DNA of 64,000 nucleotides from a bacterium OM1 bin76 (GTDB lineage: Bacteria; Actinomycetota; Acidimicrobiia; Spongiisociales; ZC4RG35), in NCBI GenBank assembly GCA_002238785.1, contig MPNA01000009.1, positions 8,189-72,188 of the forward strand. Direction: 5' to 3'. Positions 38,353 through 49,133 of the stretch are shown here, in pieces; the stretch's first letter is position 1, and every line of letters begins with the position of its first letter. Made by a program: the position numbers and the translations under genes. The notes beneath the pieces were generated by a model, which had not been told where the DNA came from, searched no databases, and saw only the letters and a list, made by a program, of their open reading frames with translations.

Positions 38353-39009
38353 TCAGTCGCGGTCGGGAAGGATCCTCTCCCACCACTTGCGGGCAACGGG
38401 AATGCCCCCCACGCCGAAGGCGATGGCGATGCTGACTCCGACGGTACTGACCACCGCGATGAACAGTGTGTTCACTATTTCCTCGGCAATGTTCAGGGTG
38501 TTGAGAGCGGCGAGGGCTCCGAATCCGATCACCATCCAGCGCGCCACCTCGGGCAACCACCTGATGCTGTGATCGCGTGACCATGGAGTGGAGACCTCGG
38601 CCAGGAAGGCTCCGATGGCAGATGCCACGATCACGATGATGATCGCCACCACTACGAGAGGCAGGTAGGAAATCAGTGCGCTGAGCAGGCTGCTGAGGTG
38701 GTCCACTTCCAGGGTTTGAGCTGCGAGTAGCAGAACCACTAACAGTAGGAACCAGTATATGGCGCGAGCCACCAAATCAGCGGCCGTGATCTCGGCAGAC
38801 TTGATGCGTTCACCGAGTCCGGCTCGTTCCAAGAGCCTGTCCAGACCCACACCCTGCAGCAAACGGGAAGCACCCCGATACACAATGCGTGCAACTAGCC
38901 ATCCAACGAATAGAATCACCAACGCCCCGATGAACTTGGGCACGAAAGTGATTACGTCCTGCCACGCCTCCTGGATGCCGCTGGACACCCCATCTATAAA
39001 GTCAGGCAT
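38353..39009 (-). CDS. Small mechanosensitive-channel-like / conserved TM-helix membrane protein
   Basis: Several TM helices. The loose MscS-like pattern makes this a weak family call. Confidence 0.45.
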   Translation of the reverse strand: MPDFIDGVSSGIQEAWQDVITFVPKFIGALVILFVGWLVARIVYRGASRLLQGVGLDRLLERAGLGERIKSAEITAADLVARAIYWFLLLVVLLLAAQTLEVDHLSSLLSALISYLPLVVVAIIIVIVASAIGAFLAEVSTPWSRDHSIRWLPEVARWMVIGFGALAALNTLNIAEEIVNTLFIAVVSTVGVSIAIAFGVGGIPVARKWWERILPDRD

Positions 39010-39212
39010 CTGATTAGATCCTCTCATCCGACATGGGGCAAACCCCAAGACAAAAAACCTCTTCGGCGAATTCTAAAGACTCCCCTTGGCGGTTGGCGGC
39101 TTTGACAGAGCCTTGGGAGGGTAATTGGCGGTTTAGAGAAGAGATTCGCCCTTCCTCAGGGGTCCGAATGCTCCCATGTGGCCCTAGAGGCAGTCTTCCC
39201 AGGGTGGGTTGG

Positions 39213-39986
39213 CTACCCGTCAGGTGTGTTCCTCCATGGACTCCTCCGTCGCCGCGGCCGGTCGACGCCCGTCGGCGGAGGTTGGAGTAGGAAGTGCTCG
39301 GAGGGAGGTGGTTGGGCTGGAGGGCGGGGGCTGCGGTTAGGGGCCACCAGGGCTCGTACCTCCATGATGAACATGGCGCCCGCGAACAGGGCGGCGATCG
39401 GCAGGCCGAAGTGAAAGGCAACCAGGGCGGTGGCTGCGGAGGAGCACAGGAAGAAGACCCTTCCGATGGCGCCGGCTCGCTTGGGCCATAGGACCTCGAT
39501 GACTCCTTGGAATATGTGGCCTCCGTCGAGAAGTCGAATGGGCAGCCAATTGATCAACCCCCAGCCCAGGTTGACCCAGACCACCCAGCTTAGGGTGAGG
39601 GAGAGAGTCCCGCTGCCGGGTGGAACCAGCTTCCAAAGCGGGAAGGCTGCTCCGCCCACCACGAAACCGAGTGCTGACCCGGCTGCGGCGATAGCGGCCC
39701 GTCGAGCCGGCGTGATGGGCTTGGGCCCCGGTTGCCATGATGTCATCCCCCCCAAGGCCCACAGTTCCATGCTTACCCTTGCTCCGAACCGGCGTGCCAG
39801 GAGGGCGTGGCCCAATTCGTGGACTATCACCGACACCATGACCACCGCCACCCAGATCCCCAGCCGCCCCGCCAGTGTCAGAGGATCGGTGTTCACATTG
39901 CGGATCAGGGGCATGCCCAACAGGCATATCACTATCAGGAACGAGAGCTTTACCTTGAGGGGTATCCCGAACAGTCTGACTGTCAA
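39213..39986 (-). CDS. M50-family site-2 protease-like membrane metallopeptidase
   Basis: HExxH (VIVHELGHAL) within TM helices, and a second motif LDGG. Confidence 0.7.
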   Translation of the reverse strand: MTVRLFGIPLKVKLSFLIVICLLGMPLIRNVNTDPLTLAGRLGIWVAVVMVSVIVHELGHALLARRFGARVSMELWALGGMTSWQPGPKPITPARRAAIAAAGSALGFVVGGAAFPLWKLVPPGSGTLSLTLSWVVWVNLGWGLINWLPIRLLDGGHIFQGVIEVLWPKRAGAIGRVFFLCSSAATALVAFHFGLPIAALFAGAMFIMEVRALVAPNRSPRPPAQPPPSEHFLLQPPPTGVDRPRRRRSPWRNTPDG

Positions 39987-40188
39987 CTTGATCCAATTCT
40001 GGCGACCCTTTCGAGCCTAACCCGGCCTGCCGCTGTAAACATTGGTAATCTTGCCGCTTGTGACAGAGGTCTCCGCCTCAACTGCGAGCGGTGAGCCCGG
40101 GTCACAGGGGTCCTGTGGTGAACCTGGAAGCACTCCCGTGGTTGCCGGGGGACCCGTTTCGAGATGGGAGCGATCAGGGCCGAGGTCA

Positions 40189-41556
40189 ATGAGTAGACAA
40201 CCCACCCCACACCAAGACATACGTGATGCAGTGGCATCCCACTTCCCCGGGCTGGTGGAGGACCTCGCCGGGCTGGTGGCCATTCCCTCCATCAGTGCGG
40301 CCGGCTTTGACTCGGGCGAGGTGCGGCGATCAGGCGAGGAATGTGCTCGGTTGCTGGAGGAAGCAGGGTACCGTGATGTCCGGTTGTTGGAGATCGAGGG
40401 CGCCCATCCCGCCGTGTACGGCAACATCGGAGGTCCCGAGGGCGCTCCGACAGTCCTGCTCTACGCCCATTACGATGTCCAGCCGGTCGGCGACCTCGAA
40501 GTGTGGGACACCGAGCCCTTCGAGGCCGTGACCAAGGATGGCAGGATGTACGGCCGGGGGACAGCCGACGACAAGTGCGGCGTGATCGTCCATCTGGGGG
40601 CTGCGAAGGCATTCGGAGGGTCGCCTCCGGTGGGTATGAAGGTGTTCCTGGAGGGCGAGGAGGAGGTCGGTTCGCCCAACCTGGCGGCATTCCTGGATCG
40701 CTATGCGGACCTGCTGGCCGCCGACGTGGTGGTGATAGCCGACGCCAAGAACTGGGAGGTTGGAATACCCGCCATCACCACCTCTCTTCGGGGGCTGGTG
40801 GGATGTGTCGTGGAAGTACGGACCGCCGGGCTGGGAGGGCACTCCGGTGCTTTCGGGGGCTTGTTTCCGGACGCCATAACAACGCTGGCCCGCCTCCTCG
40901 CCACACTGCACGACGAGGCAGGCAACGTGGCCGTCGAAGGGCTGGTCAGCAACGACGTATCAGGCTTGGAGGTACCGGTGGACACGATGGCGGAGGATTT
41001 GGGCGCCGTGAGTGGGTTGCAGACCATCGGCACCGGTTCGGCAGCCTCCCGGCTTTGGGCCAAACCGGCGATATCGGTGCTGGCAGTGGACGCCCCTCCG
41101 ATCTCAGAGGCCATCAATCTGCTGGTGCCGGTGGCGCGGGCGAAGGTCAGCATGAGAATCGCCCCGGGTCAGGATCCCGCTGCGGCGCGCCGGGCTTTGG
41201 ACATCCATCTTCGACAGCACCTGCCCTGGGGAGCGGAGTTGAGAGTGGACTTCGGGGAGGAGGCGGAGGGTTTCCTCCAGGCGGGCAGCCATCGGGCCTT
41301 CGATGCCTGGCGCCAGGGCTTGGAGATCGCATGGGGCGTCTCCCCGGTTGAGGCGGGGGAGGGTGGCACCATCCCCTTCCTGGCCTCTTTTCAGAAGGTG
41401 TTTCCCGATGCTCCCCTGCTGCTGGCCGGAATCGGAGACCCGGGATCGGCTATTCACGCTCCAAACGAGAGCCAGGACCTGGGGGAACTGGAGAAGGCGA
41501 TAGTTGCCGAGGCGGTTGCTCTTCGCATTCTGGGGGCAGGTACCGGCCAGCCATGA
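40189..41556 (+). CDS. M20-family peptidase/dipeptidase
   Basis: M20 motifs [27 protein letters not shown] at 40189. Confidence 0.8.
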   Translation: MSRQPTPHQDIRDAVASHFPGLVEDLAGLVAIPSISAAGFDSGEVRRSGEECARLLEEAGYRDVRLLEIEGAHPAVYGNIGGPEGAPTVLLYAHYDVQPVGDLEVWDTEPFEAVTKDGRMYGRGTADDKCGVIVHLGAAKAFGGSPPVGMKVFLEGEEEVGSPNLAAFLDRYADLLAADVVVIADAKNWEVGIPAITTSLRGLVGCVVEVRTAGLGGHSGAFGGLFPDAITTLARLLATLHDEAGNVAVEGLVSNDVSGLEVPVDTMAEDLGAVSGLQTIGTGSAASRLWAKPAISVLAVDAPPISEAINLLVPVARAKVSMRIAPGQDPAAARRALDIHLRQHLPWGAELRVDFGEEAEGFLQAGSHRAFDAWRQGLEIAWGVSPVEAGEGGTIPFLASFQKVFPDAPLLLAGIGDPGSAIHAPNESQDLGELEKAIVAEAVALRILGAGTGQP

Positions 41557-42224
41557 GGCTGGTGATCGCCGAGTGCACGGTCAACTACCAAGGCCGGGTG
41601 GATGCACATCTTCCTCGTTCCCGCCGGCTGATAATGGTCAAGGCGGACGGCTGTGTGGCCGTGCACGCCGATGGCGGCGCCTACAAACCGCTCAACTGGA
41701 TGTCGGCCCCCAACACCTTGGAAGAGGGTGAGGACCTGTGGTTGGTCACCAATCCCAAGGGCGAGAGCCTGGAGATCAACATCCATGAGGTGTTCTCCGA
41801 TGTCTCCCATGAGCTCGGCATTGACCCGGGTCTCTCCAAGGACGGGGTGGAGACTCATCTGCAGGAACTCCTGGCTGACAACCCGGAGGCAATCGGGCCG
41901 GGCTTGAAGCTGATCCGCCGGGAGTATCCCACCGCAATCGGACCCATCGACCTGCTTTGCACCGACCCGGAGGGAGGAACGGTGGCGGTGGAGGTCAAGC
42001 GAAAGGGAGAGATCTCGGGAGTGGAGCAATTGACCCGGTACGTGGCCCAGTTGGAACTGGACCCCAGGCTCACCCCGGTCCGGGGGGTGCTGGTTGCCAC
42101 CTCAGTTGCTCTCCAGGCAAGAGTCCTGGCCGAATCCCGGTCGCTGGGAGTGCGGGAGGTGGATTACCAGTTGCTTCGAGATCCTGATTCGGGGGCCCCT
42201 CGGCTTTTCGACCATTATCATTGA
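41553..42224 (+). CDS. nucS: Endonuclease NucS (EndoMS, mismatch-specific RecB-like nuclease)
   Basis: N-terminal DNA-binding domain plus a C-terminal RecB-like nuclease (IDLLCTD ... VAVEVKR). Overlaps the upstream stop. Confidence 0.85.
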   Translation: MRLVIAECTVNYQGRVDAHLPRSRRLIMVKADGCVAVHADGGAYKPLNWMSAPNTLEEGEDLWLVTNPKGESLEINIHEVFSDVSHELGIDPGLSKDGVETHLQELLADNPEAIGPGLKLIRREYPTAIGPIDLLCTDPEGGTVAVEVKRKGEISGVEQLTRYVAQLELDPRLTPVRGVLVATSVALQARVLAESRSLGVREVDYQLLRDPDSGAPRLFDHYH

Positions 42225-42234
42225 GGCCAAGCAA

Positions 42235-42335
42235 ACACGGGAGCTCGGTGAGACCGGGCTGAGAGGGAGGATGGATTCCTCCGACCGTTAGCACCTGATC
42301 CGGGTAATGCCGGCGAAGGAAGCTTTCGTTGGCAA
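42235..42335 (+). promoter_or_regulatory. TPP (THI-box) riboswitch
   Basis: Contains the conserved CUGAGA element and ACCUGAUCCGGGUAAUGCCGGCGAAGG (the pyrimidine-sensor / J3-2 consensus), immediately upstream of the thiamine-type ABC SBP. Confidence 0.8.
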
Positions 42336-42378
42336 GTCCGGGTTTCTGGGGCTCCCTGCACAAGACAAGGAGTCCCAA

Positions 42379-43491
42379 ATGCGTACCAGACTGGCCGTTT
42401 TCACAAGCATCGTTGCACTGCTTCTTGCTGCCTGCGGCGACGGGGACACGGACGACACCGGCGAAGAGGCGACCGCGCCAACTACGACGGCCGCGCCAAC
42501 TACGACGGCTACAACTCAAGCCCCCGCAGTCCCCGAGGAACTGACCATCATCAGTCACGACTCATTTGCAGGTGGCGTCACCGAGGAGACTTTTGCATCT
42601 TTTACCGCCGAGACCGGTGTCAGGGTGAAGGTCCTGCCGGCGGGAGATACCGGATCACTTGTCAACCAGGCCATTCTGACCAAGGACAACCCCTTGGCAG
42701 ATGTCCTGTTCGGCGTGGACGACACCTTCCTGTCACGGGCCTTGGATGGTGGGATCTTCATCTCACACCGTTCCTCTCTGCTGGACCAGACCCCGGAGAA
42801 CATTCGTCTTGATCCCCAAAACCGGGTGACTCCCATCGACTTTGGCGATGTGTGCCTCAACTACGACCGCGACGTCATGTCCGATGCCGATGCCCCCGGC
42901 AGCCTCGCGGACCTCATCACCGAGCAGTACCGGGGCCAATTGGTGGTGGAGAGCCCTGCCACTTCTTCTCCGGGGTTGGCCTTTCTGCTGTCCACGATTG
43001 CAGTATTCGGAGAGGACGGATGGAAGGACTACTGGCAAGCCTTGGTAGACAACGACGTGGAGGTGGTGCCCGACTGGGACACCGCCTACTACGCTTCCTT
43101 CTCCCGATGGGGAGGCGACCGGCCGCTGGTGGTCTCCTACGCATCCTCGCCACCCGCCGAAGTGATCTTTTCCGATCCGCCCACCGATGTGGCGCCCACC
43201 GGGGTGGTGACCGACGGCTGCTACCGGCAGATCGAGTTCGCCGGGATCCTGGAGGGCACCGACTTCCCCGACGCCGCCGGCGACCTGATCGACTACATGC
43301 TGTCCGTGGAATTCCAGGAGCAGATCCCGCTCACCTGGTTCGTGTTCCCGGCCAACACCGCAGCCGCACTGCCTTCCGAATTCGTTGAGCACACCGTTTT
43401 GCCCGACCAACCGGCGAACGTCGATCCGGCCCTCATTGACGCCAATCGAGAACGATGGATACAGGAGTGGACCGAGTTGGTGCTGGGATAG
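42379..43491 (+). CDS. Thiamine ABC transporter substrate-binding lipoprotein (TbpA/ThiB-like, PBP2 Fe3+/thiamine family)
   Basis: Lipoprotein signal (LLLAACGDG), Thr-rich linker, TbpA-like fold. aaggag RBS. The TPP riboswitch lies upstream. Confidence 0.75.
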   Translation: MRTRLAVFTSIVALLLAACGDGDTDDTGEEATAPTTTAAPTTTATTQAPAVPEELTIISHDSFAGGVTEETFASFTAETGVRVKVLPAGDTGSLVNQAILTKDNPLADVLFGVDDTFLSRALDGGIFISHRSSLLDQTPENIRLDPQNRVTPIDFGDVCLNYDRDVMSDADAPGSLADLITEQYRGQLVVESPATSSPGLAFLLSTIAVFGEDGWKDYWQALVDNDVEVVPDWDTAYYASFSRWGGDRPLVVSYASSPPAEVIFSDPPTDVAPTGVVTDGCYRQIEFAGILEGTDFPDAAGDLIDYMLSVEFQEQIPLTWFVFPANTAAALPSEFVEHTVLPDQPANVDPALIDANRERWIQEWTELVLG

Positions 43492-43546
43492 CAGACCTGC
43501 GGGGACAGAGGGTTGAACGGAGACGGGCCGGGTTGATGGAGCGCCG

Positions 43547-45152
43547 GTGACCTACCGTCGGGTGGCTGCGGGGGTGGCGGTGGCTTTCCTGGGATATCTG
43601 TTCCTCTATCCCCTAGCCCGCATCCTGGGACTATCGCTGGGACTCGAGGGCGCGGGGGGCGCCTTCGGGGAAGTCCTTTCCAATCCGGGTCTGCGAAAGG
43701 CGCTGTGGTTCTCGGTCTGGCAGTCTGCGGCGTCGGTGGCTCTGACCCTGGTGGCGGCAGCCCCCATAACCTGGGCTGTGTCGAGGTTCAGGTTTCCCGG
43801 CCGCGCTCTGGCCAAGGCCCTGGTGACGGCGCCCTTCGTGTTGCCCACGGTGGTGGTGGCGTCGGCCTTTCTCTCCTTGGGTATCGGAGGAAGCGTGTGG
43901 GCCATTCTTGCCGCCCATGTCTTCTACAACGTGGCGGTGGTGGTCCGGACCGTGGGGGGTGTGTGGGCTCGGATCGACCGTTCTCTGTTCGACGCCGCCC
44001 GGATCTTGGGCGCCAGTCCCCGGCAGGTCTTCTGGAGCTTGACCCTTCCCCTGCTCCGTCCTGCCTTGGCCGCCTCCTCTGCCATCGTGTTCTTGTTCAC
44101 ATTCACGTCCTTCGGGGTGGTGCTGATCCTGGGAGGACTCCGGTACCGGACGCTGGAAGTTGAGATCTGGCAGCAGACCGTGGTGTTCCTGAATCTTCCG
44201 GCCGCCGCTGCCCTGGCGATCTTGCAATTGGTGGGGGTCACCGCGGTGCTGGCCTGGTACTCCCGATACCAAGAGCGGCAGTCAGTGGGCTTGGAGTTGG
44301 CGGCGGAGGACCGCAACCTGCAGCGTCCCGGCACGCTCGGGCAGCGATTGTCGGTGGGAGTGGCGGTCGGTGGGACGCTTGCCGCACTCTCGGTTCCCCT
44401 GGTGATGCTGGTGGCCAGGTCGCTGCACTCCGGGGGCGCCGGATGGCTTTATCTGATGGATCCGGGACCACTGGCGGTTACACCGGGCCGGGCGATGGTC
44501 AACTCCTTGCTTTACGCCCTGGCCACCGCCTTGGTGGCGGTGACGGTGGGATTGTGCGCCTCCACGGTGATCGTCTCCGGGAAAGGCCGCGCTGCCCGAT
44601 GGTTCGATGTGGTGTTGATGCTCCCACTGGGGGCTTCGGCGGTGACGGTGGGATTCGGAATGCTGGTGGCTCTGGACTGGCCGGTCGACCTGAGGGCCAC
44701 GGTGGTGCTGGTGCCTCTTGCCCACGCCTTGGTGGCCACACCGTTCGTGGTGCGCATTGTGACCCCCATATTGAGGTCGGTGCGCGCCGGTCTGCGGGAG
44801 GCGGCCGCGGTGCTGGGGGCCTCTCCCTGGCGGGTCTTCCGGGAGATCGACCTGCCGATTGCGGCTCCCCCCCCCCCCGCGGGGGGGGGGGGGGCGGGGG
44901 GGGGCGGGCCCGGGGGGGCGGGGGGGGGCGGGATTCGCGGCGGCAGTCTCCCTGGGCGAGTTCGGGGCGACGGCTTTCATCGCCCGTCCCGGCACCATAA
45001 CGGTTCCTGCCCTGATCTTCAGGCTGTTGGGACGGCCCGGAGCGGTGAGCTACACCGGCGCCATGGCCATGGCCGTGGTGCTGGCGCTAATGGTCACGTT
45101 GCTGATCATGCTGATAGACCGCGTCCGACTGGGGGAGTTGGGGAGCTTCTGA
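43547..45152 (+). pseudogene. Thiamine/iron-type ABC permease (two-domain ThiP-like), disrupted by a frameshift in a G/C homopolymer tract
   Basis: Both permease halves are recognisable, but the C-terminal part (AVSLGEFGATAFIARPGTITVPALIF...) is in another frame (ORF 44859-45152). The join is the tract at 44868-44936. The 808-aa single ORF to 45973 is an artefact. Confidence 0.6.
44868..44936. repeat. Anomalous G/C-only homopolymer tract (C12-GC-G13-C-G9-C-GGGCCC-G7-C-G9)
   Basis: Read directly. It is palindromic at its 5' end, and the plus strand has G4-forming potential. It causes the permease frameshift. Confidence 0.9.
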
Positions 45153-45293
45153 ATAACTTTTGGTGGGTGGCAGAAGCGACCAAGATTTCGTTTTTTGGCG
45201 GTTCTCATCCAATCTTCAGGTCAGTCTCAGTGAAACCACAGGTTGGTGTCAGAAGATTGTTAGTGCATGGCCGAACAGTGAAAGGAGAAGGAC

Positions 45294-45746
45294 ATGCGCA
45301 AAGCAATATTTGCGGTGGCGGTGGTGCTGCTGCTGGGAGTTGGATCCGTGGCGGTGGCCCGGGTGGGCGACGGCTGGGGCAAGGTTGGAGACGCAGCCGA
45401 TCGAGTCGCCATTCTGGAAGAGGCTCTGAGCGATCTGGTGACGGATGGCACTATCACACAAGACCAGTCCGACGCTATTGTCTCAGCGCTCGAAGAGAAA
45501 GGGGAAGAGATGGCAGAACAGCGTCAACAGTTGAAGGACCAACTCGAGTCCTTCTGGGAAGACGATGTGTTGACCGCCGAAGAGATCGAGCAACTTCCCT
45601 TTGCAGATCGAATTCTCGAAGCCGAAGAGTTGTCCGACGCGTTGGAGGACGGCCAGATCACCAAGGAAGAGATGGAAGAACTCCGCTCAGCCAAACCCGG
45701 TTTTCACAAGGGCCGCGGGGGACGTCACGGCGGAGGGGGCCGCTAA
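45294..45746 (+). CDS. Secreted acidic hypothetical protein (signal peptide, coiled-coil-like, Gly-rich C-terminus)
   Basis: RBS gaaaggagaagg. Signal peptide MRKAIFAVAVVLLLGVGSVAVA. Followed by a hairpin at 45803-45840. Confidence 0.5.
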   Translation: MRKAIFAVAVVLLLGVGSVAVARVGDGWGKVGDAADRVAILEEALSDLVTDGTITQDQSDAIVSALEEKGEEMAEQRQQLKDQLESFWEDDVLTAEEIEQLPFADRILEAEELSDALEDGQITKEEMEELRSAKPGFHKGRGGRHGGGGR

Positions 45747-45802
45747 CCGTCTCGCTCTCGGAGGGTTGGGCAATCAACTCGACTCCTTCCTTCCCGCCCG
45801 CT

Positions 45803-45840
45803 GGTAGACGGGTCCTGGTTTCCACTGGGACCCGTCTACC
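45803..45840. terminator. Bidirectional terminator hairpin (13-bp perfect stem ggtagacgggtcc / ggacccgtctacc, 12-nt loop)
   Basis: Lies between convergent genes (the secreted protein on + and the histidine kinase on -). Confidence 0.55.
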
Positions 45841-45891
45841 AATTCATATCCCTAACCGGGTGAGAGGCATACAGGTGACGACAGTCAACTC

Positions 45892-47259
45892 TCATTTGTC
45901 TTCCACAGGCAGGATGAAGCCGACTTCCGCTCCGCCATGGGCGCGGTTGCCGGCGAAGACTGTTCCTCCATGAGCTGTGATCAGGTGTTCCACGATCGCC
46001 AATCCCAGACCGGAGCCGGGGGTGGGGTGCGCTTGGCGAGACCGGTAGAAGCGCCGGAAGATGTGGGGAAGGTCATCCTTGGGGATGCCTGGACCATCAT
46101 CTCGGACCGTTACCTTTCCGCCCTCCAGGTTGATCTCCACCGTGGTGGTAGCCCATTTGGCCGCGTTGTCGACCAGGTTCCCCAGGGCCCTCTCCAGTTG
46201 GGATCGCCGTCCCCTCACTGATGTGCCTTCCCCCGTGACCGATAACTCTGTGGGGCCGATCTGACGAAACCGCAGCGCTACATCGGCGGCCAGTTCGCCC
46301 AGGTCTATGTCTGTTGGGTCCTCGTCGTGGTGCTGGACATCGGTGGCGAGATCCACCAGTTCGGTGGCCAGTCCCGCCAACTGGTTGGATTGGGTCACAG
46401 CAGCCTCCAACAGTTCGCGGCGTTGGATGTCGGAAAGCTGCCGGTCCTGGCGGAGCAGAGTTTCCAGATTGGTCTTGAGAGCGGTGATTGGAGTCCTGAA
46501 TTCGTGACCGGCATCGGAGACCAGACGTTGCTGCTCCCGTCGCGAAGCAGACAATGCGGAGAGCATCCTGGAAAAGGCGGCGGCCAGACGTCCGATTTCT
46601 CCTGGTGCAGAGTGGTCGAGTTGTCCGGCGGAATGGAATCGTTCGGTGGCGGCGATCTCTTCCGCCGCCTCAGTGAGGTTTCTGACCGGCCGGACCGCCC
46701 GTGAGGCCAGGAACCAGCCGGTGAGTCCCACCAGGAGGATGCCAATCCCACCGATGGGGACCATCCGGCGGGTCAACCCCACCAGATTGGCGTTGACCCG
46801 GGTCATATCCCTGGCGATCTGAAAGCCGAGACCGGATGAATCCTCGGCCAATAGGTGCGGCAGGCGCGCTGTGATCATACGGAAGGGGACCCCGCGTATC
46901 CGTACATCTCGCAGGACCCACCTGCGGTTTCGGCTTACCACCTCGACATCTACCGTTTCGATCGGGGGTATCAGGTCCCCCCTTCCGATCCGGAGGACCG
47001 TTTCTCCGTTAGGACGAAAGATCTGCAGGATCATGCCCTCTTCCACGATGTCCAGCCCTAGCTTCGCCAAATGCGGTCTGCTTCCCGTGGGCAGCGCGCC
47101 GGCGCTTTTGATGACAACGGCGGCCTTTTCTCGCAAGTCGGCGTTCACGGCGCCGTGAAGTTGTCGTTCTGCCGACAGGATTGCGGCCCAGGCCGTCAAA
47201 CCAATCGCCACGGCAGCCACCAGTCCCAGGCTCAGCGCCCATCTCCAGCGGAGGCTCAT
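45892..47259 (-). CDS. Two-component sensor histidine kinase (TM-HAMP-HisKA-HATPase)
   Basis: H-box [15 protein letters not shown] boxes ([23 protein letters not shown]). Confidence 0.85.
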   Translation of the reverse strand: MSLRWRWALSLGLVAAVAIGLTAWAAILSAERQLHGAVNADLREKAAVVIKSAGALPTGSRPHLAKLGLDIVEEGMILQIFRPNGETVLRIGRGDLIPPIETVDVEVVSRNRRWVLRDVRIRGVPFRMITARLPHLLAEDSSGLGFQIARDMTRVNANLVGLTRRMVPIGGIGILLVGLTGWFLASRAVRPVRNLTEAAEEIAATERFHSAGQLDHSAPGEIGRLAAAFSRMLSALSASRREQQRLVSDAGHEFRTPITALKTNLETLLRQDRQLSDIQRRELLEAAVTQSNQLAGLATELVDLATDVQHHDEDPTDIDLGELAADVALRFRQIGPTELSVTGEGTSVRGRRSQLERALGNLVDNAAKWATTTVEINLEGGKVTVRDDGPGIPKDDLPHIFRRFYRSRQAHPTPGSGLGLAIVEHLITAHGGTVFAGNRAHGGAEVGFILPVEDK

Positions 47260-47939
47260 GTTTCCCTCGCCACGTATCCCACTCCACGGACGGTATGAAT
47301 CAGCCGGGGCTCTCCTGCCGCCTCCAGCTTCCGCCGCAGGTACCCGATGTACACCTCCAGGGGATTGGAACTTGTTTCGAAGTCATATCCCCATATCCGA
47401 TCCATGATCAGATCCCGCGGCAACACGATCCTGGCGTTGAACATCAACAACTCCAGCAGGTCAAACTCAGTCTTGGTAAGCCTGACTTCCCGTTTGCTCC
47501 TGAAGACCCGCCGGGCGGCCGGATCGAGCGACAGGTCGGCCAGGCGCAACTGCTCACTCTGTCCGGATAGTCCCCCTCGGCGCAGCAAGGCCCGGATACG
47601 GGCCAGGAGTTCTTCCAAAGCGAAGGGCTTCACCAGGTAGTCATCTGCCCCGGCGTCCAGCCCCGCCACCCGGTGGGCGATTTCGTGGCGGGCGGTGAGC
47701 ATCAGAATCGGGGTGTGGTCCCCACTGGCCCGGACCCTGCGGGCCACGCCCAGGCCGTCCAGATAGGGCATCATCACGTCCAAAATGATGGCGTCGGGAG
47801 GAGAGGAGGCGATCATGTCGAAGGCTGCCATGCCGTCTGGCGCCGTGGACACATCGAACCCTTCCAGGTCAAGCGCCCGGCCCAGCGAGTCTCTGATCCG
47901 ATCGTCATCCTCCACAATCAGCAACTTTCCCGCATTCAT
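47256..47939 (-). CDS. OmpR-family response regulator
   Basis: Receiver domain (LLIVEDDD, D of LDVMMP, KPF) plus a winged-helix Trans_reg_C domain. 4-bp overlap with the kinase. Confidence 0.85.
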   Translation of the reverse strand: MNAGKLLIVEDDDRIRDSLGRALDLEGFDVSTAPDGMAAFDMIASSPPDAIILDVMMPYLDGLGVARRVRASGDHTPILMLTARHEIAHRVAGLDAGADDYLVKPFALEELLARIRALLRRGGLSGQSEQLRLADLSLDPAARRVFRSKREVRLTKTEFDLLELLMFNARIVLPRDLIMDRIWGYDFETSSNPLEVYIGYLRRKLEAAGEPRLIHTVRGVGYVARET

Positions 47940-47954
47940 CTGACTAGTGCCACC

Positions 47955-49133
47955 TCAATGTCGGGGCTCGGAGGGGGGTGTGGCGTCCAGCCTCCAATGG
48001 GCGCCCGAAGGAGTGTCTCGTAGGGTCACCCCAAAAGACTCCAGTCCCGCGCGGATGCGGTCTGCTTCTTCCCAGCGTTTCCCGGCCCGCAGGTCCGACC
48101 GGATCTCCACCAGGAGGTCCACATAGTCCCCCACCCACTCGACCGGCTGGACCAAGCCCGATGCCGCCAGTTGTGCTATCTCCAGGATCACGGAGCGAAG
48201 CGACTCCCGGGCCCTTTCGGAGCCCTGTGCGGCCTGTGATTCCAGTTCTAGGAGAGCGGAGGCGATCTGTGACGCCGAGCGGTTGGCAAGGGCCTGCGGA
48301 AGATCATTCACTGGATCCGGCGGCTGAACCGTCGGCGGTGGGGAGTAGGCGCCCAACAGCTTTGAGGCGGCTTCCAGGCCGATGGACTCGCCATCGCCCA
48401 AGGCCGAGGTGCTCTCCCCGCAAAGAGTTACCTGACCAGCGCCGATGACCTGCAGTTGTGCTGCGCCGAAGTCGATCACGGCCGCGGTGTGCTCGTCCAC
48501 CCCGATGATCCCCATACCGGCTGGGAGCATGGCTTTGAGCAGGTCGAACCTTCGCCGTCCCATGTAGCACCGGCTGGTGTCGAATCCCTGCCCTTCTGTG
48601 TTGTTCCAGTGGGGGATGAACACTGCTTCCAGGCCCAGATGGGAGGTGAGATCCAAACCTTCCGACCACCCCAGCGCGGCGCCCACTTTGTAGATGTCGT
48701 AGACGGGGAGAGTCAGGGTCCCTGCGGTGAGGGCGGCGGCCGATGCCATCGTCACAGTGGCGCCGGAGGAGAGACGGTCTCGCAGCGCCGGGGCAAGCGG
48801 CGTCTCCTTCCACACGCCCAAGGCATAGGTGGGCGATCCCGGTCCTGAGAAGACGTAACGGGCGCCGCGGACCGCGGCCAGCATCGCTTCGCAGGCGACG
48901 GCGCCCTCTTCACCAGAGCGATAGGAGGCCGTGTCCGCCTCGATCGAGAGACTGGTCCTGAAGAAAGCCGCCAGTTTCCGGGAGATGAGGGGGGCGTTCT
49001 CCTGGAAGCCATAGGGAGTATCAAGTACCAGCACATGATCAGCCCCGGCCGCCTCGATTCCCAGCCGGTGGGCGGCCACCAGGTGGGTGGAGGTCTCTCC
49101 CGATCCCATGAGAATGAGACGTCCGGCCATCAA
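47955..49133 (-). CDS. Hypothetical protein, possibly peptidase S51 / class-I glutamine amidotransferase-like
   Basis: ILMGSGETS ... FSGPGSP pattern reminiscent of cyanophycinase/peptidase E. A weak call. Confidence 0.35.
   Translation of the reverse strand: MMAGRLILMGSGETSTHLVAAHRLGIEAAGADHVLVLDTPYGFQENAPLISRKLAAFFRTSLSIEADTASYRSGEEGAVACEAMLAAVRGARYVFSGPGSPTYALGVWKETPLAPALRDRLSSGATVTMASAAALTAGTLTLPVYDIYKVGAALGWSEGLDLTSHLGLEAVFIPHWNNTEGQGFDTSRCYMGRRRFDLLKAMLPAGMGIIGVDEHTAAVIDFGAAQLQVIGAGQVTLCGESTSALGDGESIGLEAASKLLGAYSPPPTVQPPDPVNDLPQALANRSASQIASALLELESQAAQGSERARESLRSVILEIAQLAASGLVQPVEWVGDYVDLLVEIRSDLRAGKRWEEADRIRAGLESFGVTLRDTPSGAHWRLDATPPSEPRH

Noticed and set aside
43547-45973. A single 808-aa ORF spanning the permease and about 800 nt downstream
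   Set aside because: Only the first about 440 residues are permease-like. After the G/C tract the translation is Gly/Arg/Pro-rich nonsense. The real permease C-terminus is in another frame (44859-45152). The long ORF is a GC-rich read-through artefact.
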